Below, piece by piece: positions 1-8,090 of a stretch of DNA of 14,051 bases. This stretch comes from Rotaria sp. (taxonomy: Eukaryota): assembly GCA_905329745.1 (NCBI GenBank), contig CAJNSZ010000152.1:138157-152207 (forward strand). Direction: 5' to 3'. The notes beneath the pieces are model-generated. The model searched no databases and was not told where the DNA came from. It was given only the letters and a program-made list of their open reading frames with translations. A program made the translations under genes and the position numbers. Numbering within the stretch: the stretch's first letter is position 1; the number at the start of each line of letters is the position of its first letter.

Positions 1-345
1 TCATGAAAGATGTGAGAGGCTCCTATATTTTTCAAGGTTCAATATCTCGTGAAGAAAACACGTCTTTTAGCTGGAATTTTCAGAGCACTCTAGTTACAAG
101 TAGACCTATACGTAGACGAAATTTCAGTTCGAAATATCGTCATTCGATTTGTTAGCGTATACTATGCTATAGGCGAAAATTCCAGTAAAATGGCTATAAC
201 TCTGAACGAAAGGCCTATGGGCCCTTATCTTTTTGGGGTTTTTCGTATCTTACTGGGATCTACCTTATGCACAGAGTTCGAACTCAAAACCGATTAATCA
301 CTTCGGATACCTCCCTCGTTAGATAAAAAGAGAAAATGATCTATT
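1..345 (+). repeat. Interspersed repeat family, copy A (left end cut by the window edge; its orientation is taken as the reference)
   Basis: Shares several blocks with the other copies. Positions 179-203, attccagtaaaatggctataactct, match the reverse complement of 5696-5720 at 23/25 and of 7775-7800 at 20/25. Positions 63-90, tcttttagctggaattttcagagcactc, match the reverse complement of 5769-5796. Positions ~100-150 match 3670-3725. Confidence 0.75.
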
Positions 346-968
346 GAACGCTTCAAATGTATTTTTCTTGAAATAGATAACATTTTTTAAATAAAAATAA
401 TAATGATACATCAAAATAGTACTATATAGAAATAATTAGTAAGAACAAGAAGAAAAGTTATATTCGTTTGAAAATTTTGGGCAGTATTCTTAAAATTAAA
501 TTTCTAAATTTTAAAACATTGTAACTTTATTTTCAATGTTATTTAGAATGAAGTTCGATTTTTAAAGCAATATAAAATGAAATATTTGTACTTTGAGAAC
601 ATCTGAAATCTCATTGTTGACTTTCTAGTACTTATGAATTACATAAAAACGATAACTCTCCATCAATGTCATATAATCAATATCTCATTATTCTTGTTTA
701 TTGAATACACATCTGGTATAGATTATGAAGTGACAATAATTCGAAGGTCATTCTTTGTCCTTGATTATTTTCTTATGTCTACTATACTTAGTTGCTATAT
801 AAAGGTGAACCTTGAAAATATATCAAACTTTTCTCAAACACAAAAGTTTTCCATTGAATTACAATATATATTTGTGTGATATTATCAAAAATAAAATAAT
901 CAGAAGGCTAAAATATATATAATTTTTTTAATGTAATTACATTCTAGATAATAAAATATCTTTAGTTT

Positions 969-2161
969 TTATCGACATTTAACAAAAATTAACCATATAA
1001 TTATTATACTTATAATACTTGTTAATATTAATTTATAATATAGAACTAAAATTCTTATGAATGAAAAATTCCATGGATATATATTTTCATATGTATAACG
1101 AAATTTTTCACTTAATCTATTAATATCACCCGTTATTTCTAAAGCAATATTTTGTGCTCGTCCTTGAAAAATAATTTCTTCATAATAACCATGTTGAATA
1201 AATGTATCATTACTATCTTTATTCAATGTTATATTATAAATTAATTTTGATAATCGAACATCAAAATGAATATTTTTTGTAAGAAATTCTTTTACATATT
1301 TAACCATTTGATCATCACGTGGTCCATATAACATAGCACCATATATATTTTCTAATTCATTACAATAAGTACTTATATGAAGTTTATATTGAAATAAAAC
1401 ATCATAAACATTAAATGAAAGTTGATTTGTATTAGAATTAATAGATAAATCATGAATAATCGATTGTAAATAAGTATTAAAACGATAAAATTCATTATTA
1501 TATTCAAAAACAATAAGAAATCCAGCAAATTCCATATTAAAATACCATGGAATAAGTGCTAATGAAAAAAATAAACTAGCTGATGTTGATGAAAGATTTT
1601 CCCATTGATTAGCTTGACCCCATATCCATATTGATGGAAATGAATGTCCCCAATCTTTTTCTATATAACCAATACCAGATATAATTTTTTTTTCATTTTC
1701 ATTTATTTGAATTGAACCATGAATATAATGTTTCATACTAAGAACATGATGATAACATTGCATTGTTGGTATCCATGAATAAGGACCCATTGTTCCTGGT
1801 AATATCGATAATATATCAGGTATATGTATATGTGATGATAATGTTAAATTCATTTGAAAACTTTCTGTTGCATCATCATTATTATTATTATTTGGTTGAA
1901 CATTAATAATAAGTTTATCATATGAAAATATATTTTTTTTATTATCAATTGTTACTTGAAATTCATCAAATGATGATGTAAATGTTTCAAATGGAAAACG
2001 ATAATAATGTGAAATATTATCATAAGCAATCATAATAAATGAATGTCGTTTATTATTATTCATATGTACACCAGGAATAATAATAAATGTATTATTATAT
2101 TCGTTTGAAACTATTTTATAATACCATCCTTCAAAAAATATTCCATTTTGAATGTAATGAC
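969..2161 (-). CDS. Exon 2 (terminal) of tocopherol-cyclase-family protein, including the stop codon
   Basis: This is the uninterrupted part of the supplied 969..2189 minus-strand ORF. It carries family-typical motifs: HGHY..FFEGWYYK near the N-terminus, MQCYHHVLSM, and GYIEKDWGHSFPSIWIWGQAN (compare the EKxWGxxFPxxWxWxQxN motif of VTE1/SXD1-type cyclases, Pfam Tocopherol_cycl). The C-terminus LILTSIISIIIIWLIFV is hydrophobic. TAA stop at 969-971. The family assignment rests on recalled motifs, not on a database search. Confidence 0.75.
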
Positions 2162-2235
2162 CTAAAAACAAAATTTCAAAAAAAAACAAAATAACATTCT
2201 TTCTAGTTATTACGAAAATAATTTTTTTTCTTTAC

Positions 2236-2344
2236 CATGGTAACGATCCGGATGAAAGACAAGTTTTATAGATTTATAATTAACAAGTAAATAGACGAAT
2301 GCAAAAAAGATACACACAATGGTTACAACTCGTGATGCAAACAT
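2236..2344 (-). CDS. Exon 1 of tocopherol-cyclase-family protein (N-terminal signal-anchor)
   Basis: The minus-strand ATG (plus-strand 'cat', 2342-2344) opens MFASRVVTIVCIFFAFVYLLVNYKSIKLVFHPDRYH, a hydrophobic N-terminus. The exon ends at a GTAAAG donor (minus-strand reading of 2235-2230). A phase-1 junction G|GT recreates Gly and joins in frame to ...GHYIQNGIFFEGWYYK in exon 2. The 74-bp intron (2162..2235) ends in tttttAG. Confidence 0.7.
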
Positions 2345-2599
2345 GTGCGATTTTAATGCAAAAATCGACAGATAAAAAAAATAAAAGTAAAAAAATAACT
2401 ACAGGTAAATTTATACTGAAGAATATATTCTTTTTCGAATATTATAGCCCATAGTGTTCTTTATATTTATATCTTTTTCTTCTCAGTTAAATATATATGT
2501 GTTATTCAATGGTTAAATTATATGGAATATAATATTCAAAACTGATGATTTGTGTTTTTTTCTACAAATCGACATTATATTATACAAGATTTATGGTAG

Positions 2600-2970
2600 A
2601 GTACTGCACAATTACAACTTCTCTTACACGTATCCAGGTGCGAGCATTCGACCTATATGGGCTATATTACTGTGATACATCGCTGGTAGTTTAATAGAAC
2701 AATCAATCAACTATGTGAGTAAGAATATTGCTATTAAACAGCAGCATTAAAAATATATACATTCATCACAAGAACTCCCGCTACTGATTATAACGTACAT
2801 AAATTTCAATCATTTTGCCTCATATTTTGATTATTAATAGAGTTCGGTAAGCTCTGATCGCAAGCAGCAATTCAAATTTGATAGAGACTGATGCAAAGGA
2901 TTTACGATAAAAATATTTTTTTTTTCCTCGGGTCGAAAAAAAAGACTTTTCTAATTTTTCACTATTAAAT
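2600..2970 (-). repeat. Interspersed repeat family, diverged copy G
   Basis: Positions 2926-2967, cctcgggtcgaaaaaaaagacttttctaatttttcactatt, align with 5896-5934, tctcaggtcgaaatagccttattcgattttttcactaatt. There is weaker collinear similarity between ~2645-2710 and 5685-5760. Boundaries are approximate. Confidence 0.4.
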
Positions 2971-3183
2971 GTATGAACCTCTATTTTCTTCCTAAAAGAT
3001 AACGATTCAAATGTCTATACTAAGTCACAGATAGGATTCTTCAATCTTATATAATCTTGATATGCGAGAAAGTCTTCATTGTTTGGAACAGTTTCAGCAT
3101 GGATTTCTTGTCCATCGATGACTTCAATCATAAAGTTTTGAGAAAAAACTTTCTTTAATTTAAAGTAACATGACAAATGAGCC

Positions 3184-4284
3184 CCTGACACTTGAGGCTA
3201 ATATAAAAAACAACTTAAAGAAATACAAGAAACTAGTTTATTTGAATAAATCGCCATTCATATTAAAAGTTAAATAGAACTCTTGTTCATTTAAGGGCAC
3301 ATTCCTTCTTTTGTCACCCGAAGTTTTTGTTCTGTGACTACTGTTTATTCTGAAGTAATATCTATCTATACTAAGCATTTTTTGGGATCTAGAAGCTGTA
3401 TTTAATGTTAAACTCCACATTGTCTCACTACAGCGTAGAAATGTTCTAGTATCTTCGGTCAAGTATGTCCAATAGAGCTGAAACTTTTTTTGATACATAC
3501 TATACACTATTTTAGATAAGTTTTATTCTTTTTTGTTTGAAAAACTGTTATTCTGCTGATTTTTGATAGCATTTGCAGAAATGCTCTATTTAAAACAATA
3601 TGCGTTTTTTAGAGAACCTTTGATACTTTGACTTTTTCTTATTCGAAGGGCAAAAAATAGAAAAAAAATGCCTACAACCAAGTAGTGTCTAATGCGTGTA
3701 AAAAGTTTTCAGTTCGATCGAACGTACTGTTTCAGAAAAACAAAGGCAAACACTGGCTCAGTGGAGATCCCAGTATCTTATAGAATACAGCATCGAAAAA
3801 CTTTGAGTTTTGCTCTATTCGTGAAGATCTGCTTGTCCTCAAAAGTTTCTGACGGTCTTGTTCTCCAGAAAATCCGATAAAAGTCAGGGTAAGTACCTTT
3901 AAAGTATAAGTCTCTTGTTATGAAATGAAAGAGTCGAAATTATTTATTGTAATTTTTCATCAAGAAGTTCATATTCGTCTTACTCTTCTGAAAATTGACA
4001 TCAAGTTATTAAAGTACAATTAATTTCTAATGAATTTTCTTCGAAAATGGAACAACATGCGAACTTAATAATAATTGCAAGTCGAAATTGTAGAATCAAA
4101 GAAACATGTTAAATATGAACTTCTTGATGAAAAATGTGAAATTTTCATTTGATAACCAAGAGACTTATATTTGAGACAAGCAAGAGTTCTATTTAATTTT
4201 TTAATGTGAATATGAACTTATTCAAATAAAACTATTTTCTTATATTTCTTTAACTTGTTCTTTATGCCAGGCTCAACTGTCACT
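3184..4284. repeat. 1.1-kb foldback (long inverted repeat) whose left arm is interrupted by a ~620-bp insertion
   Basis: The outer arms 3184-3285 and 4181-4284 are reverse complements; for example, the reverse complement of 3237-3285 matches 4181-4230 at about 42/50. The inner arms are 3905-3975 and 4111-4169, including a perfect 24-bp match (3952-3975 versus 4112-4135). In the right arm the two blocks are only ~11 bp apart, while in the left arm they are separated by 3286-3904. Confidence 0.8.
3600..3895 (+). repeat. Interspersed repeat family, copy F (shorter variant), nested in the left arm of the foldback
   Basis: Positions 3670-3725, ccaagtagtgtctaatgcgtgtaaaaagttttcagttcgatcgaacg, align with copy A acaagtagacctatacgtagacgaaatttcagttcgaaatatcg. 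Positions 3755-3815 align with copy A ~240-295. Copy F lacks A's central 'aaaatggctataactct' block. Confidence 0.6.
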
Positions 4285-5442
4285 GTAACGAAAATCGGCC
4301 AGTGAATTATTGATTTCGAACAAATCCAGTACATAAATGAAGTAAATAGGTCACATAGGCCATTCATCTAGTTATCTGTTTTTTTTTGTTTCCAAAGACA
4401 TTTAACTTGCTATCCTAGTCATTGACTGGTCTGTTATTCATAAATAAAATCACAATTCATTTCAATCAATCAATCACATGAGACAATTTCTCTGAACCAA
4501 AGTAAATAAAAAGAAGAAAAAAAATAATCCTAATTACTTTACATAAAAATTATTCATAGAAAAGTAAACAATCATAAAAACATATTGTTTTTCATGCGCA
4601 ATTATAAACATTACTCAGCAATACATAAAGTAAAAAAATAACAAACTATATTTAACAACAGAATAAGATAGGACAGGTACCAATGAAAATTAATATTTAT
4701 GTTCGTATTGACACAAAGTAGGAATAGAATTAGAGATAGAGAAAATTATTGATGTTGATACAGTTGTTGATGACAGAGACAAATTATTAAATAAACTTTT
4801 TGTTAACACGAATAGACAAATTTGTCGTTTTTTTTTCTTGTTTCGATTTGATTTGTACACTTACTCGTTTTTCATTGCAGAAATGTATGAGCCAATAAAC
4901 AAAAAAATTAAGTTTTTCGAAAAGAGAAGCTTTACAATGATAATATGCGGCATCTCTTGAGAATTAAGTATTCTATTAAACCTAGAGGTACTGTAGTCAT
5001 TTTCAGTTCATGAAACAAAGGTAGAAGAAGTAAGCCAAAAGAAAGAAATGCAGGGTTGACTATCGTAGATCAACATACAATGGAATCAAGGATTGACCAA
5101 ACCCTAAGATATGGGGTTCTGAACAATGAACTAGAGCTCGAGTTCAGTACATATTTAACTTCAAGTCCAACATAAAAATTGAAATTATTAAATATCAGTC
5201 TTTTTAACTCGACAAACGATATAGAGAAACATAATTGTGAGTGTAGTCTGTGAGAAAATAAACGATGTAGTCTGGCATATACACACTCACTCGAAATTTG
5301 ATATTGAAAATAGATATTAATAGTGCAAATAAACGTGCAATAAGACAACTTATAGATGAGGAGTGTTGGATGTGGCATCCCCTTGCCTCCAGTACTGACG
5401 AGAGAGTGTCCTTAAGTATGAATCACCAATCGAGTATTTCAC

Positions 5443-6044
5443 CCATAAGTAAGCTCTAATGAAACTAGTAGATGCATACAAAGACTTGTTTTCAAATCCT
5501 ATCGTTCCCAAGTTATTAGAATTTTACTGAATTTTTTTTCTCTAATAAGGTATTAGTGGAAAAAAAATCGAATTATGAAAGTTCAATTTGAAATTTTACC
5601 TATAGGTAAATCTCGTGAACACTAAAATGAGCTCCATGCATAAGATAGAGTTCAGCGACATATGAAAAGGATTAGTCTTCTTCGACCTTCTGCGCAGAGT
5701 TATAGACATTTTACTAGAATGTCAATCTCTGACATGGTATATATCAACAAATCGAATTCTCACAGGCAGATGCTCTGAGAATTTCAGCTGAAAAGAATAT
5801 TTTCTTCCGGAGATATTACACTTTCAAAAGAAAGAAAAAATTCCAACATCTTTTATCGAATATATTGATAAATAGATCTGTCTGTAGAAAAAAAATCTCA
5901 GGTCGAAATAGCCTTATTCGATTTTTTCACTAATTCCATAACAGAGACAAAAAAGTTCAATAAAATTGTAATAATTTATGAAAGATAACACATATGAATG
6001 AATCCTCCCAAACTTCTACTAGCCTCATCGAAACCTACTTATGG
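5443..6044 (-). mobile_element. Interspersed repeat family, copy B: non-autonomous foldback/MITE-like element with long imperfect terminal inverted repeats
   Basis: The core 5575-5860 is the reverse complement of copy A blocks. The flanks 5516-5573 and 5917-5975 are inverted repeats of each other (~80% by eye, both ending ...aaaaaatcgaat / attcgatttttt...). Weaker inverted similarity extends out to ccataagta (5443) and tacttatgg (6044). There is no ORF of transposase size. Confidence 0.65.
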
Positions 6045-6337
6045 TCAAAATAATAGTTCGATTAACAAGTAACACATAGTAATGTTTCGTTTTGTGTTAT
6101 GCGTCTAAACTCAAGTGACATCTATCAGTATCGCTTTTTATAATGCGACAAAATATTTAACCATCAATTTTCGAGTAAATGATTCATCTTGGCGACGTTC
6201 TACGAAGAAAGAAAAAAAACTTTGTGTTGATGATCACGATCGAAGAAAGAAAATCCTACGCACATATTTATTCATTTCAGATTGTATTTGTCATACGAGT
6301 CAGTACATCGTACACAAAAAAACATATTACAATACAT

Positions 6338-6398
6338 GTTATTAGTGTGATTGTGTGTTTAAAAACAACTTTTGTTTTTTTATTTTTTTAATTTATAG
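6338..6398 (+). promoter_or_regulatory. 3' splice-acceptor-like tract ending in AG directly abutting the SLC12 start codon (5'UTR intron or trans-splice acceptor)
   Basis: The sequence ttttgtttttttatttttttaatttatAG|ATG has the same T-rich ...tAG form as the gene's internal acceptors. Candidate donors at 6338 (CAT|GTTATT) or 6345 (TTA|GTGTGA) would give introns of 61 or 54 bp, within the local short-intron size class. The TAG at 6396-6398 is an in-frame stop if the tract is not spliced. Confidence 0.4.
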
Positions 6399-7023
6399 AT
6401 GAACGGTTTCAATCGTGTACGTTCAACATTACGTCGTACATTTTTTTCATCGAATGGAGCTGATGCAAGTCCAAATACAACACGACGTGAAGATTTTCCA
6501 ATATTAAGTCATCATTTATCATCATATGAACGTTTTGATTTATCAACAGGTAGTCAAGGAGCATCAACAACATCTTTACAAAATATAAATTCAAATAATA
6601 ATTCATCATCATCACATGCACCTATTATTGAAACAACTAGTGATGGTGTGGAATTTTTACCAAACAATTCTAAACGTACATTACGTACAATACCAGGTGT
6701 ATTTTGTCCAATTGCTTTATCTATGTTTTCAATATCATTATTTATGCGTGTGGGTTTTGTTGTTGCACATGCTGGAATTTTACAAACATTATTACAATTT
6801 GGTCTCTGTTTTATTATACTTTTTAGTACATTATTAAGTGTTTGTTCATTAGCAACAAATGGAGCTATTGAAGGTGGTGGTGTTTATCATATGATATCAC
6901 GAGCATTAGGACCTGAATTTGGTGGATCAATAGGTGTACTATTTTTTTTTGCTAATGTTATTGGTAATGGACAAAGTGTTGCAGCTCTTGTTGAAGCATT
7001 AGTTGATAGTTTTGGACCTGGAA
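6399..7023 (+). CDS. SLC12 cation-chloride cotransporter, exon 1 (N-terminus to TM3)
   Basis: The ORF from ATG 6399 contains [33 protein letters not shown] and [29 protein letters not shown], both hallmark SLC12/APC permease motifs. Donor AA|GTAAAT at 7024. Reading through unspliced gives [13 protein letters not shown] and then a stop. Confidence 0.9.
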
Positions 7024-7080
7024 GTAAATTTAAAAAAAAAAAAAAAAATAAATCAACATATTAATTTTTTTGTTTTTAAG

Positions 7081-7503
7081 GTAAAGCAAACGCTTTTCAA
7101 GATACACATTGGTGGAGATTTTTATATGGAACAATAATTAATATAATTAGTCTTATAACATGTTTACTTGGTTCATCATTATTTTCAATGGCAACATTTT
7201 TTATATTTATTCTTGTTAGCTTTAGTTATCTTATGGTTGTTGTCTCATTTTTTGTTCAAAGCCCAAGAGCTGTTGTCATACCAAGAGTAAATACATATGC
7301 ATATGATCATCAATCATTTGAATTGAATAAAACCGATTTAATTTATGGACAATATACAGGTTTTAGTTCACTAACAATGCGTGAAAATACTTATGCAAAT
7401 TATACAATTGATTATACAACTGGTGATATGATGAATTTTGCTACGGTTTTTGGTGTACTCTTTTCGAGTATAACAGGTTTATTGGCTGGAGCAAATATGT
7501 CGG
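7081..7503 (+). CDS. SLC12 cotransporter, exon 2
   Basis: Acceptor tttttaAG at 7079-7080. A phase-1 join (a+gt=Ser) keeps the frame of the supplied 7188..7604 ORF. The exon ends ...FGVLFSSITGLLAGANMSG at donor G|GTAAAA (7504). AGANMSG is the conserved SLC12 motif that precedes GELK/GDLK. Confidence 0.9.
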
Positions 7504-7589
7504 GTAAAAAAAAAAAAAATTTATTTCTATTTCTAGAAATTCAATATATGAAGTTAATTTTAATTCATGTTCGAAAAATGATCAGTTCG

Positions 7590-8090
7590 ATTGGACCAAG
7601 TTAGATAGCGGGCCCGATGCTGTTCTATGGAAAACCAGAGTTTTCTTGAATACGATAAATTCAAATCGCATGGAAATTTCAGTGCTAGCTATATCATGAC
7701 GTTTTCAGAAGATATTCAACAATGGTCAAAAATATCTTTTATGACAATCGAAAATTCCTTTAGACCTTTTCTCTAGATTTTATAGGCATTTGACTAGAAT
7801 TTTAGTTTCTGGCGTAGTATATACCAATAAATCGAATGATGAATAGTTCTTTTCAGAGAAATTAAAGTCCCAAAAAACAGAAAATTCAAGCATGTTTCGT
7901 GATATATGATTGATTTTTGGGACTTTAATTTTTTAAGGATAGGGTGCCGGAAATCATTGAACATAGCTGGAGAAAACGGCATACACAACAGAAATTTATA
8001 TTGTTTGTTCAAGATCCGACTACGATGCTATCCTCGCATGCATTTATGTTTATTTCCGACGGAAATTGACTTTTTTTTTCATCGTTTATG
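7590..8090 (-). repeat. Interspersed repeat family, copy C, inside SLC12 intron 2
   Basis: Positions 7765-7850 are collinear with 5688-5775 of copy B: agattttataggcatttgactagaat...gtatataccaataaatcgaatg versus agagttatagacattttactagaat...gtatatatcaacaaatcgaattc. Positions 7945-7960, ccggaaatcattgaac, align with 5808-5823, ccggagatattacac. Positions 8058-8085 resemble the right flank of copy B. Confidence 0.65.

Noticed and set aside
265-295. Possible tRNA gene around 'gagttcgaactc'
   Set aside because: Only a B-box/T-loop-like core is present. There is no acceptor, D or anticodon arm that folds into a cloverleaf, so I treat it as a degenerate SINE-type remnant rather than a tRNA gene.
634-879. 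81-aa plus-strand ORF downstream of the minus-strand gene
   Set aside because: Low-complexity, Ile/Phe/Leu-rich translation of AT-rich intergenic or 3'UTR DNA. It has no recognisable motif and no splice or start context, so it is the kind of ORF expected by chance at this composition.
925-935. Candidate polyadenylation signal for the minus-strand gene (plus-strand 'tttaat', giving ATTAAA ~40 nt after the stop)
   Set aside because: Hexamers like this occur by chance every few dozen bp in sequence this AT-rich. It cannot be supported without 3'-end data.
3238-3880. ORFs 3238..3507 (-) and 3692..3880 (+)
   Set aside because: Both lie inside the foldback arm and the nested repeat copy F. Their translations have no domain signatures, and the homologous repeat copies do not keep the frames open.
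5070-5378. 102-aa minus-strand ORF
   Set aside because: It has no conserved motifs and a composition typical of non-coding spacer. It is isolated, with no splice-compatible neighbours.
5385-5415. 'ctgacgag' resembling the CUGANGA core of a hammerhead ribozyme, as carried by some flatworm SINEs
   Set aside because: I could find no matching GAAA core or helix I/II/III pairing partners nearby, so a single 8-mer is not evidence.
6115-6391. Two overlapping plus-strand ORFs (76 and 70 aa) just upstream of the SLC12 start
   Set aside because: They overlap each other in different frames and are rich in Lys/Ile/Phe from A/T runs. This is more likely promoter or 5'UTR sequence. At most they are uORFs, which I cannot support.
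6409-6837. ORFs 6409..6621 (-) and 6616..6837 (+) overlapping SLC12 exon 1
   Set aside because: These are alternative-frame and antisense shadows of a real coding exon. Their translations are Leu/Tyr/Met-rich nonsense, while the 6399 frame carries the conserved SLC12 motifs.
7504-7604. Tail of ORF 7188..7604, and likewise the tails of 6399..7064, 10275..10625, 10689..10964 and 12730..13071
   Set aside because: The ORF ends read through GT donors into introns (poly-Lys or Phe/Tyr-rich junk followed by a stop). Splicing at the annotated donors restores contiguous conserved SLC12 sequence instead.
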